DNA of 63,813 nt, filler included, from Candidatus Omnitrophota bacterium (GTDB lineage: Bacteria > Omnitrophota > Gorgyraeia > Zapsychrales > Zapsychraceae), in NCBI GenBank assembly GCA_015233495.1. It is 16 parts of 15 records of this genome, joined end to end, with 100 filler letters (N's around TTAATTAATTAA, not from the genome) between each part and the next. Parts side by side here need not be neighbours in the genome. Positions count along the whole stretch, not along the records: positions 19,202 to 21,555 come from JADFXQ010000107.1; positions 21,656 to 24,004 come from JADFXQ010000108.1; positions 24,105 to 26,249 come from JADFXQ010000109.1; positions 26,350 to 28,479 come from JADFXQ010000110.1; positions 28,580 to 30,641 come from JADFXQ010000111.1; positions 30,742 to 33,530 come from JADFXQ010000001.1; 10 more parts are not named here. One strand, written 5' to 3'. The notes beneath the pieces are model-generated. The model saw only the letters and a list, made by a program, of their open reading frames with translations. It did no database searches and was not told the origin of the DNA. The position numbers were made by a program, and so were the translations under genes. Numbering within the stretch: the first letter of the stretch is position 1; each line of letters opens with the position of its first letter. Positions 21,086 to 31,315 of the stretch are shown here, piece by piece.

Positions 21086-21555
21086 TTAACCTAACTTAAA
21101 TCCTTGCATCGCGGTTTTTAATTTTTGGGATAATTGGGTTAAGGCCTCGGCCGACGCGGCCGCCTGTTTTGTGGATAGCGCGAACTGTTTGGTTACGTTA
21201 TTGATATTTTGCATTGCTTGCGCGGTCTGCTCGGACGCGGTGCGTTGCTGCTGGGTGGCGATGGAAATTTCTTTCGCTGTCGCTGCGGTATCTTGAATCA
21301 TCAGGGTGCCTTTGGCTACCCATTTGATCGAGTCTTCAATTCCCATGATTGTCGCGTTGGTTTCCGTCTGGATTTCACTGATCAGCTGACGGATTTCTTC
21401 GGTAGAATCCGAAGAGCGTTCGGCTAACTTACGGACTTCTTGCGCCACTACCGCGAACCCCCCGTCCGGCTTCCCCGGCGCGGGCCGCTTCAATAGCCGC
21501 GTTCAAAGCCAGCAGATTGGTTTGTTCCGCGATATCATCGATCAATTTGGTGATA
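21086..21555 (-). CDS. Methyl-accepting chemotaxis protein, C-terminal signalling half (frameshift at C6 run 21458-21463)
   Basis: [28 protein letters not shown] then, after one extra base, [15 protein letters not shown]. Confidence 0.9.
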
Positions 21556-21655
21556 NNNNNNNNNNNNNNNNNNNNNNNNNNNNNNNNNNNNNNNNNNNNT
21601 TAATTAATTAANNNNNNNNNNNNNNNNNNNNNNNNNNNNNNNNNNNNNNNNNNNN

Positions 21656-22366
21656 ATAGCCATCCGGGCGGATTTCTGGATGCCTTATAACGGTGATCCG
21701 GCTTCCGTAAAGCCGGGTTATTGCGTGGAACTGATCAAAGCGATTTTTGAACCCGCCGGATACACGGTGGATTATCAAATCCAGCCTTGGGCGCGGGACA
21801 TCGCGGAGGTCAAAGAAGGCAACATTGACGCGGTAATCGGCGCGGATTCCGGGGATTGTCCGCTTTGTCTGTTCCCGAAACAAGCCATTGGAGTTAATCA
21901 AAATTTTTATTATGTGAAAAAAGGCAATCCCTGGGTTTTTAACGGTTTGAAATCCTTAAACCTTCTGCGTCTCGGTGTCATTGACAGCTATTCTTATGAT
22001 TCCGGAGCGTTAGACGCTTATATCAAGACAGCCGACACTCAGTATGTGCAGAAAGCCGCCGGCGACACTGCTTTGGAAGTAAATATCCAAAAACTGCAAG
22101 CAGACCGGTTAGACGCGATTGTCGAGAATAATTGGGTATTAAAAAACGCTTTAAAGAATCTCGCGATTCCGGAGGAAGCTATTGTCGCGGCGGGAAAAGC
22201 CAGCGAGCCGCAGGAGGTATTTCTCGCGTTCGCTCCGGGCAAAGAAAGTTCCGCCAAATATACGAGTCTTTGGGATGCAGGGATTCAACAACTGCGGGCT
22301 TCCGGAAAACTAAAATCGATATTGGACAAATACCATTTAGCGGACTGGAAAATTGCCGCGCCTTAA
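21656..22366 (+). CDS. Periplasmic substrate-binding protein, family 3-like (5' partial)
   Basis: ADFWMPYN, GYCVELIKAIF, QPWAR, LRASGKLKSILDKY. Confidence 0.85.
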   Translation: MAIRADFWMPYNGDPASVKPGYCVELIKAIFEPAGYTVDYQIQPWARDIAEVKEGNIDAVIGADSGDCPLCLFPKQAIGVNQNFYYVKKGNPWVFNGLKSLNLLRLGVIDSYSYDSGALDAYIKTADTQYVQKAAGDTALEVNIQKLQADRLDAIVENNWVLKNALKNLAIPEEAIVAAGKASEPQEVFLAFAPGKESSAKYTSLWDAGIQQLRASGKLKSILDKYHLADWKIAAP

Positions 22367-22389
22367 ATAAAAAAAGAAGGGACCGCCTT

Positions 22390-22625
22390 ATGTCGATTCG
22401 CGTAAAACTGATTATTGCCATTTTAGCGGCAGTCACTTTGGTGGTCAGCGTGTTTGAACTGATCAGCTTAAGCCAGCAAAGGGCAGTGCTGATCGAAAGC
22501 CGGGAAGCGGCCTACGCGGCCGCTTTACAGCGGTTGGCTACGATTTTGCCTCAGGCAGTTTATGATTTTACCACCTATCAAATTGAAAAAATTATCGAAT
22601 CAGAAATGTTTGACAAAGGTATTGC
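22390..22625 (+). CDS. N-terminus of a membrane sensor protein, truncated at junction
   Basis: MSIRVKLIIAILAAVTLVVSVF transmembrane start; after ~22625 the frame reads antisense to the MCP. Confidence 0.6.
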
Positions 22626-24003
22626 CGATTGCCTGCGACTTATCTCCCAAGGCCAGAATTTTTTTGGCAGTGCCATCAACGCGGATATTGATTTCTTGCA
22701 TTCCGGCCATAGTCCGTTCTGCGGTTTTTGCCACGTTTTCGGCGTTTTGGGCAATCTGCGCCGCGGTAACGGCTAATTCCTTAACCGTAGTCGACGCTTG
22801 ATTGACAGCCGAGGCTTGTTGATTGGCTCCGGAAGCTTGTTCGCGGGTGGCGGCAAAAATTTGCGCAGCCGCAGCGCTGATTTCCAAACTATAATTTCGG
22901 TTTTGAGTGACAATGCCGCGTAAACTTTCCAAAACTTTATTAAAAGACGCGGCCAAACCGCCGATTTCATCCTGGGTGGTGATTTCAATCATTTGGGTCA
23001 AATCACCGGACCGGGCGGATATTTCCAAGGCGCGTTTTTGTAAAATCTTTAGCGGCCGAGCCATTTTATTGGTTAAAGCCAGCATCAGTATAACGCAGCA
23101 AACTAACATGACGCAGAGAAAAAAAGTTGTCATATTCCTTAACTTGGACGCGGGCGCGAAAATCAGCTTTGTCGAAACATGGACAATTAAAGTCCAGCCA
23201 TTGCCGGAAAAATCTAAATATCCGGTTTCCCGGGCAAACGCGGCTACCTGCTGATCGCGGCGGTTAGGATCAGTGTAAATAAGACTGCCTTTGTTGCGGC
23301 CTTGCCGCGCGGCTTGCGCCGGCGGAAAATTTGCGTAACTGTCTTTTAAAACCCCTTGGGGATTGACGCTGGAATAGAGCAACAAGTTGTTTTGGTCCAC
23401 CAATTCAATGGACAAATTCGCGCCGATGCCGTCGGCTTTATTTAAAACTTTAATCATATCATAAAGTTTATTGATCGGCACTTGTGCCCGGATCACCCGG
23501 TAGATGTTGCCGTATCCGTTGCGCACCGGCGCGGCAAAATAAATTACCGGCATATTCAATTCTTCGGAAAATTCGATTTCCGAGGCAAAACTTTCTTTTC
23601 CGGATAAGGCGTCTTCCCAGGAGCGGCCGCCTTTGATTTTTTCCCCGATATTCATTCCGGTGGTGTCCGCGATCTTAGTCCCGTCTTTGGCGAACAAGGC
23701 AATGGAAGCGTAGTATTTGTAATCCCGCAGGATTCTCAGCAAATATTTTCGTATGGCTTTGGGAGAGGATACCGCGGATTGAATCACCGGTTCTTCCGTT
23801 AGACTCCGAATGTCATTCGCCCGTTCAAAAAGCATTCGGTCGATCATGTCCATTACATAGCCCGAAGAATCTTCTAAGCGGGAAGATATTTTTTCGCGCA
23901 AGACTTTGGCGCTGGTCGAAAAAACCACCACCGAAAGCGCTCCGGAAAAAACCGCCACAGTACCCACAACCCAGACAGTTAATTTAGAAGAAAATTTCAT
24001 CAT
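22620..24003 (-). CDS. Methyl-accepting chemotaxis protein, N-terminal half (TM-dCache-TM-HAMP)
   Basis: Two TMs, Cache-like region, GDLTQ...DEIGGLAASFN. Ends ...SQAIGN, which continues as ITKLIDD at 21555. Confidence 0.9.
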
Positions 24004-24104
24004 TNNNNNNNNNNNNNNNNNNNNNNNNNNNNNNNNNNNNNNNNNNNNTTAATTAATTAANNNNNNNNNNNNNNNNNNNNNNNNNNNNNNNNNNNNNNNN
24101 NNNN

Positions 24105-26249
24105 GCTATTCCGGACTTGTCGGATACGCAGGTCATTATCTATTCCCGTTGGGACCGTTCGCCCGATATTATTGAGGATCAGGTCACTTATCCGATCGTG
24201 ACAGCTTTGCTTGGGGCGCCAAATGTTAAAGCCATCCGTGGATTTTCTGATTTTGGCTATTCCTACGTGTACATTATTTTTAAGGACGGCACTGATATTT
24301 ATTGGGCGCGCAGCCGGACTCTGGAGTATTTGAACAAGGTCTTACCCCGGTTGCCGGAAGGCGTGCGGACCGAAATGGGGCCGGACGCGACATCAGTTGG
24401 CTGGGTCTATCAGTATGCTTTGGTTGATAAAACCGGGAAGAACGATCTGGCGCAGCTGCGTTCTTTTCAGGATTGGTATCTGCGATATTGGCTCCAGTCG
24501 GTGCAGGGAGTGGCTGAAGTTGCCTCGGTCGGAGGGTTTCAGAAGCANNNNNNNNNNNNNNNNNNNNNNNNNNNNNNNNNNNNNNNNNNNNNNNNNNNNN
24601 NNNNNNNNNNNNNNNNGCAGCGGGAACAATGATGTCGGCGGAAGGCTGGTCGAGTTTTCGGGGACAGAGTATATGGTCCGCGGCCGCGGGTATATTAAAT
24701 CGGCCAGGGATATTGAAGATATTGTCCTGGGCAATGATGCGAGCGGCGTTCCGATCCTGGTCAAGAATGTGGCATCGGTCGTGCTGGGTCCTGAGATGAG
24801 GCGCGGGATCGCTGACCTGGATGGAGAAGGCGATACAGTGGGGGGCATTGTCCTGATGCGTTCGGGGGAGAATGCGCTTAATGTCATCGACCGGGTCAAG
24901 GCCAAGTTAAAAGATGTTAAAGCGTCGTTGCCTCCGGGGGTCGAGATCACGACCACCTATGACCGTTCGGATCTGATCAAGCGTGCGATCGATACGCTTA
25001 AACATCAGCTTGTCGAGGAAATGATCATTGTCGCTTTGGTCATTATTTTCTTCCTGTGGCATTTCCCATCGGCAAGTGTTCCGATCGTGACCATTCCGAT
25101 CGCGGTGCTCCTGAGCTTCATTCCGATGCTCATGATGAAGCTGACGTCCAATATCATGTCTCTGGCCGGGATCGCTATTTCGATCGGAGTGCTGGTCGAT
25201 GGCGCAATTGTTGAGGTTGAGAACGCGTATAAGAAGCTTCAGTTGTGGGATGAGGGCGGGCGCAAAGGAGATTATCACGATGTCCTTCTGAAAGCCCTCA
25301 AAGAGGTAGGGCCGTCGGTTTTCTTTTCTCTGTTGGTGATCGCGGTGGCGTTCCTGCCGGTCTTTACTCTTCTCGACCAGGAGGGGCGATTATTCCGTCC
25401 TTTGGCATTCAGCAAGAATTTTGCCATGGCGATCGCGGCGGTCCTGGCACTGACCTTGAACCCGGCCATGCGGATGTTCTTTACACGTATTGATCCGATC
25501 AATTTTCATCCCCGCTGGGCGGCGAGTTTTCTCAACAGTATTGTGGTAGGGAAATATTATCCGGAAGAAAAACACCCGGTCAGTAAAGTCCTTTTTAGAT
25601 ATTACGAGCCGGTATGCCGTTTTGTCCTTAAACATCGTTTGGCGACCCTGGCGGCGGCCGGGATTTTGGTCTTATCGACGATCCCTGTTTTTCTGCATCT
25701 GGGATCGGAATTCATGCCGCCGCTCAATGAAGGCACCATTCTTTACAGGCCGACCACGCTTCCCGGCCTTTCGGTTACCGAGGCGGGAAAACTGTTGGCA
25801 CAGATGGACCGGGTCATTAAAACCGTTCCCGAAGTTGACCGCCGGCCGCGCGGAAACAGCGACCGATCCGGCGCCGTTCTCCATGATGGAAACGACCATT
25901 ATCCTCAAGCCGGAAGGCCAGTGGCGCAAGGGGATGGATTGGGAGAAGATCATTGCCGAACTTGACGGGAAGATGCAATTTCCGGGAGTTTCCAATGCCT
26001 GGACCATGCCGATCAAGGCCAGGATTGATATGTTATCAACAGGCATTCGTACACCCATCGGGATCAAGGTTTATGGCGCCGACTTGAGTCAGATCGAGAA
26101 GATCGGGGTACAGGTTGAGTCGATTGTCAAGGATATCAAAGGTGCGCGCAGTGTTTATGCCGAGCGGGTGACCGGCGGGTATTTTATCGATTTCGATATC
26201 AAACGAGATCAAATCAGCCGTTACGGGTTATCGGTCAAGGATGTTGAAG
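24105..26249 (+). CDS. cusA: CusA/CzcA heavy-metal RND efflux permease (partial; frameshift near 25840)
   Basis: [71 protein letters not shown]. Confidence 0.93.
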
Positions 26250-26349
26250 NNNNNNNNNNNNNNNNNNNNNNNNNNNNNNNNNNNNNNNNNNNNTTAATTA
26301 ATTAANNNNNNNNNNNNNNNNNNNNNNNNNNNNNNNNNNNNNNNNNNNN

Positions 26350-26600
26350 TGAAGAAGAAATCAAGTCCATTGTCAGCCTGCAGGCCGGCCGGCATACGCC
26401 TTTTTCCCGGGAAGAGATTCAAGTCGGATATATTCATATCGGCGTTTATAAGAGCAATTACACGAAAATTCTTCTGGTTATCGCGAATAAAAATGTGATC
26501 AAACAGCAGTTGAGCGTTTTTGACCGGGCAGGTTTACGAGTCAAACGCGTGCTGTTTTCGGCCGAGGGGATCGCGGCGTTTTACACCGCGGGCTTGAATT
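26350..26600 (+). CDS. PilM/GspL-like actin-fold assembly protein fragment
   Basis: EEIKSIVSLQAGRHTPFSREEI...TKILLVI...AGLRVKRV; ends at probable junction. Confidence 0.55.
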
Positions 26601-26737
26601 TAAAAAACGAGAAAGATCGTGGTCATGCCTAAGGAAAAAATCACCAGAGCGGCCATCATTTCAACAAAGGTTATGCCGCGGCGGCAAGACAATAATTGAG
26701 GCAGGGGCAGCGATTTATTCCCAATTTTTAATATCAT
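26600..26737 (-). CDS. Prepilin-type N-methylation protein, truncated
   Basis: RRG|ITFVEMMAALVIF; start overlaps the gspG stop. Confidence 0.7.
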   Translation of the reverse strand: MILKIGNKSLPLPQLLSCRRGITFVEMMAALVIFSLGMTTIFLVF

Positions 26738-27137
26738 CGTCGGGAGACGAGGCGTCGCGGCCTTTGGAATAAAGATCATAGTCGGGACGGTGCTTGCCCG
26801 GCGATTCATAAACATACGGGTTCCCCCAAGGATCAACCGGGTCTTTTTCGATATAAGGGCCATTCCAATTCCGCGGGGTCGGCGGCGCAGCCGGACGGAC
26901 GCGCAAGGCCTCTAAGCCTTGCGTTGTCGTTGGAAAAAATCCGTTATCCAATTCAAACAGCCGCAGGGCCGTAGCCAGGTTGCCTTCAATATCCGATTTG
27001 GCTACGGAAACCTTGGCCTGATCAGACCGGCCGACCAAACGCGGCACCACCATCGCCGACAAAGCGGCAATGATAATCACCACCAGCATGATTTCGATCA
27101 AGGTAAAACCTCGACGGCAGCAGATAAAAAATTTCAT
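26715..27137 (-). CDS. gspG: Type II secretion major pseudopilin GspG
   Basis: G|FTLIEIM, FPTTTQGLEAL, WNGPYI...DPWGNPYVY. Confidence 0.93.
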   Translation of the reverse strand: MKFFICCRRGFTLIEIMLVVIIIAALSAMVVPRLVGRSDQAKVSVAKSDIEGNLATALRLFELDNGFFPTTTQGLEALRVRPAAPPTPRNWNGPYIEKDPVDPWGNPYVYESPGKHRPDYDLYSKGRDASSPDDDIKNWE

Positions 27138-27217
27138 AGCTCCTCCTTAAAAAAATACGATACCGATCCGCAAAAAGCTCCGGGGATTTCCGATTCTGTT
27201 TTTTATCTTACTATAAC

Positions 27218-27622
27218 TCATTTTTCTTGTATAGAACTTAACTGTTTTTTTCCGCGCGCCGCGATTACCGCCTCCCGCGTCGCCACCAAATCCACCTCTA
27301 AATTTAAAAAATTTTTCACGACCACGTCCCCCGCCTTGACCGGATGATCCAGCGTGATGGTCTTCACCGCGTCCATTGCCGCGAAAATCCGCGCTTTCGG
27401 GATAGGCTGCGCCGTGCGCACCGGAACCAATTTGAGATCCAAGCCCCGAGTCAAGACAACTGTCGTCAAGACCCGCTGCGGATTTTGCAGTTCGGCCTTC
27501 CCATAGGCTTCACCCTTGGGGCACTGGTTTCCCGTGACTTTGATCACGCGGCCCTGGTCATCCGTTTCCACCCAGAGTTTGCAACCGCGCGGGCATTCGA
27601 TACAAGTTAAGGTTTTTAGCAT
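27218..27622 (-). CDS. DUF1667-type CxxC metal-binding protein
   Basis: CIECPRGC, GNQCPKG, VPVRT, GDVV. Confidence 0.85.
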   Translation of the reverse strand: MLKTLTCIECPRGCKLWVETDDQGRVIKVTGNQCPKGEAYGKAELQNPQRVLTTVVLTRGLDLKLVPVRTAQPIPKARIFAAMDAVKTITLDHPVKAGDVVVKNFLNLEVDLVATREAVIAARGKKQLSSIQEK

Positions 27623-27628
27623 GGTTTT

Positions 27629-28479
27629 TTATACCCGCAAATATTCCGCTGCCTGTTGGCCGGCTTTTTCACTGTCCCGCGTCACCGTATCAGCGAGATC
27701 ATAAACTTGAAAGGCATTGCCGCAGACAAACAAACCCGGGATTGAAGTGTGATTCAGTTGTGCCGATACCGGGCGATTCGTCGCCGGGTCAACGGCCGCC
27801 CCAGCCATTTCAATCAATTCATTCTCCGGGATCAACCCGGCGGAAATCAACACCGTGTCGCAAGGCAACGAAAGTGTCGTCTGCGGTAAATCGGCGAGGT
27901 TGTCATCTACTTTGACAATATCCACTTTAGCGACTCTGTCGCGGCCATAAATCCGCGAAATGCGATGGCCTAAATAGAGCGGAATGTCAAAATCTTCCAG
28001 ACATTGCACCACATTGCGCGTCAAACCTTTGCTTTGTTTATGAATTTCCACCACCGCTTGGACCCGGCCGCCTTCCAAAGTAAACCGCCGAGCCATGATC
28101 AACCCGATATCCCCGGAACCAACGATCACCGCAGCGCGGCCCGGCATTAGCCCTTCGATATTAACCAATTTTTGCGCTAAACCCGCGGGGAAAATCCCCG
28201 CAGGACGGGTTCCGGCGATATGCGCCATTTCCCGGGTGCGTTCGCGGCAGCCGGTCGCCATGATTAACGCCGAAGCTTGAATTTCCAACATCTGGCCGGG
28301 TTTAAGGACCGTCAAAACCTTTTCACGGTTCAAACGGATAACAAAGGTTTTTAAACTGATTTCCATCCCGTCTAACTTTTTTAACTTACGAATCATCCGG
28401 TCCGCATACTCCGGCCCGGTCAACATTTCTTTAAAATAACTCAACCCGAATCCGCTGTGAATGCATTGATTGAGAATAC
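27629..28479 (-). CDS. NAD(P)/FAD-dependent oxidoreductase (5' partial), usual DUF1667 / glycerol-3-P dehydrogenase partner
   Basis: QCIHSGFG, ATGCRERTR, GSGDIGLIMARR, GLIPENEL. Confidence 0.88.
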
Positions 28480-28579
28480 NNNNNNNNNNNNNNNNNNNNN
28501 NNNNNNNNNNNNNNNNNNNNNNNTTAATTAATTAANNNNNNNNNNNNNNNNNNNNNNNNNNNNNNNNNNNNNNNNNNNN

Positions 28580-30641
28580 ATGGTGGCCGGCATTGTTCCG
28601 TGGTTGTTCAAAAATATTTTCGGCGAATATCATTTATGCCCAATTTGTCCGGCATATGCTGTCGACGAGTAGGGGCGCCCCTGGTGGGCGCCCGTCGTTG
28701 TGGCGCGCAATGACAACGGGCGCCCACCAGGGGCGCCCCTACTCAGGTATCAATCCGGCAAAAATGGTTGCAAGCTCATGTGTGCCAACCGGATTGGGAG
28801 ATCTGACACCATTAATAGGAATGGCCTTAAAGTCGGAGTCTTACGTGATGCCCAAGAGGAGACAGGGAATCGATTATGCGGAATGTTCGAGATGGGGTTC
28901 GATGAGGCGGCTTTCGAACGCGGGCCGGAGACCTTCGATTTTTACGAAAATGACTGTTTCCCCGGCTTCTTGTATTTTCGACGCCAAGCCAAGATTATAC
29001 GCGGACAGCTCGGGATTCGTTTCGAGAAGAAAAATAACTTCAGCGTCAGCCGGAATTTTTTGCGCGACATCCGGGCGTGATAGTAGATATCGCGAAAATT
29101 CGGTGGAAAGCTCCAGATTGGCTTCAAAGATTTCTTTTTCAGACATTTTTCAGTTCCTTGAACTGAATGTGTCTATGTCTTCTCCGGCAATCGGAAGTCA
29201 GACGGGCGACATATTCAATTTTATTGATCACCGTCCCCCTCCTTTTACTCAAGTTTACTATCCGCGAAAAGATATGTCAAGGCAAACAGGCATTGCATCG
29301 GGAGAAGTAAGAATAGGGGACAGCGCCCTATTTCCGCCGGAGGGAAAAATAGGGAGCTGTTCCTTATTGTTGAGCGCCGGTTCTCCGGTCACAGCTTCGA
29401 TTTTGGGACGCGCGGCTTTGCGGCGGGAGTTTGCAGATGTGAAGTTGGAGATCGAACAGCTTGCCGAAGATTTGACGGCGCTGACGGATTATTTATATTG
29501 CCATGCGGTCATCCGCGGCCCGTCGGGGGAAATATTTGATGCCAGCCGGTTTTCTCTGATTCATATCGACGCGGGTTCCTGGGATTGGGCCGAGGGGATG
29601 ACGGACGAAAATCTTGCCGCAGCCACGCAATTTTTATACGCACAAAAAATATTGCATTTCCCGCCGGAATCGATTCGTTCTCTGCTTAAAATTTACGCTT
29701 GCGCTTTGCGGCATTATTGGCATGCATTCAACGACCCGTCGATCTTTGACGTCAAAGACGCCGAACGGCTCGCGGTCAAAGCCTTGGTCCGGCTGTTGCG
29801 GCATCAAAAAGGCATTGCCGCGATTTTTGGGCCGCAAGGATACATGGGAATAGATCCATCAAAAATATCCTCATATTTCCTGGGAGCATCGAATGAGCTC
29901 GAGGTTTCATTTGATTCCAATCGATTCGACTTTGAAACATTTTTTCCCGGCGAGCCAGGTCAAAGAATGCTTGGCAAAAATGTTTTGGTCGTGGGCTGCG
30001 GAAATGACGGTCTGGTTTTTCGGGCTTTATTGGAAGGGGCAAACAAGGCGGTTGGGATCGATATCAATGGGGTCAAGATTACGCTTGCCAATTTGCTTGC
30101 CCCGGCTTTGCATCAGAGATCGATCCAAGAAGGTTTAATGCGGAGGTGTCCCAATATTAAGGTGTCTGATTCATGGTATCTGATCTATCAGTGTTTAATA
30201 GGAAAAATTCTCGGGGTGGGTCTCATCAACCGCCAGGAATATGATTTTATTCGATGCGATGCCCGCGATATGTTTATTGCAGAGGATGACTCGTTTGACA
30301 TTGTGATTGTGCCTTATGCGCTGGCAGCGCTGACCGGCATCAATGATGGACCAGCGATTATGGACGTGGTGAAGGAAATCATGCGGGTCGTGAAATTGGG
30401 CGGCGAAATATGCATATACCCATTCAACACAAAGCAAGAAGCGGGTCGTCGTTATTTATCAATGTCTTTAGAAGTCTTCGTTCCTAAAATGATTTTGGCA
30501 GACGTGATGGCGCAGATGGAATCGCCAGGCGCTTATGGAAAAAGATTGATTGCTCTCCCTCCCCAAGGCCGGTGGCAAGTCAAAGCCGCCTCGCCGGTGG
30601 ACGACACTGTTAGAGTGATGAACTTGTTGCGCAACGGAGAT
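28580..30641 (+). CDS. Stop-free frame across the whole scaffold; C-terminal two-thirds includes a class I SAM methyltransferase domain (probable internal piece of a giant gene)
   Basis: NVLVVGCGNDG, AVGIDIN, CDARDM, FDIVI, RVVKLGG; domain lies between AGSPV and AASPV. Confidence 0.65.
28667..28744. repeat. GTAG-family REP doublet (REPIN-like)
   Basis: Perfect 29-bp inverted repeat GAGTAGGGGCGCCCCTGGTGGGCGCCCGT with 20-nt spacer; each arm is itself palindromic. Confidence 0.85.
28874..29146 (-). CDS. Small putative antitoxin (DUF5647-like)
   Basis: NLELSTEFSRYLLSRPDVAQKIPADAEVIFL...PELSAYN; overlaps the stop of an upstream partner. Confidence 0.65.
   Translation of the reverse strand: MSEKEIFEANLELSTEFSRYLLSRPDVAQKIPADAEVIFLLETNPELSAYNLGLASKIQEAGETVIFVKIEGLRPAFESRLIEPHLEHSA
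29139..29231 (-). pseudogene. Internally deleted putative toxin partner (30 aa)
   Basis: AGGAGG + GTG start; MINKIEYVARLTSDCRRRHRHIQFKELKNV*; stop overlaps the antitoxin start. Confidence 0.5.
29252..29280 (-). promoter_or_regulatory. Sigma70 promoter of the antisense two-gene operon
   Basis: TTGACA-17 nt-TAAACT on the minus strand, upstream of AGGAGG. Confidence 0.65.
29312..29368. repeat. Imperfect inverted repeat (GGGGACAG-type REP-like hairpin)
   Basis: AATAGGGGACAGCGCCCTATTT / AAATAGGGAGCTGTTCCTTATT; 22-bp arms, 3 mismatches. Confidence 0.65.
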
Positions 30642-30741
30642 NNNNNNNNNNNNNNNNNNNNNNNNNNNNNNNNNNNNNNNNNNNNTTAATTAATTAANNN
30701 NNNNNNNNNNNNNNNNNNNNNNNNNNNNNNNNNNNNNNNNN

Positions 30742-30868
30742 CTTCCGTCCTAACCATAACCATATCCTCTCTGTCAACCATAACGCCCCCTTTTTATCGT
30801 TATGGTATGTTATCAGATTAGGACATTTTCATTTTGGCCAATTAGGACATTATCATTTTGGCGTTACA
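30742..30868 (-). mobile_element. Left end of ISNCY/IS1202-like element with first codons of transposase
   Basis: Terminal TGT; two 22-nt direct repeats at 24-nt period (30817, 30841: ATTAGGACATT[TA]TCATTTTGGC); ORF MVDREDMVMVRTE starts at 30781. Confidence 0.7.
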
Positions 30869-30870
30869 AA

Positions 30871-30984
30871 CTATTTTTTGTTCTGGATTAAAATCTTTTT
30901 TCGAAAATTTCTTTTATCAATAGGTTGCTCCAGTGTCTTTTCATCCATTCTCTGCAATTGCGTCAGCGTAAATTTGTTTGGCAA
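30871..30984 (-). pseudogene. NrtR-type winged-helix remnant
   Basis: [32 protein letters not shown] matches the FTLxQLQ...DKRNFRKK signature; no Nudix domain or start. Confidence 0.65.
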
Positions 30985-31000
30985 GTGTTTCGTTTACACT
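30984..31000. promoter_or_regulatory. Putative NrtR-type operator
   Basis: AGTGT-N7-ACACT palindrome (GT-N7-AC core) beside a minus-strand TTGACC. Confidence 0.5.
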
Positions 31001-31315
31001 AGGTCAAGAAAGAAAATTAAAGGCCCCTTCTCTCTAATCTTACATTTAATAAAAAATCCTTCGCCGAGCAGTTGCATACCCAACGAAGGTTCGATGTTTA
31101 ATATTCAGCTTCTGGTGTCCAAATAATGTCCAATCCTTTCCCAGAAACCCTTTTGACAGCCCCTAAAGACTGAAGTCGAAATTTTCAATTTTATCGAAGC
31201 TGTTTCTTATAAATACCCCTAGGCTACGCCATTTGCGAAAAACACCTGGGAGGACTTAGAAAGCTGTTGCTTTTCCGGGGAAAGTTTAGCCGACTGCCGC
31301 CCTATTTTAAACTGA

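Noticed and set aside
7191..28479. glpK and the FAD oxidoreductase/DUF1667 genes as one glycerol operon
   Set aside because: Plausible from known gene context, but they are on different scaffolds so linkage cannot be shown.
29175..29189. MSSPA as another SSP linker
   Set aside because: Explained as the antisense of the CRRR codons of the truncated toxin.
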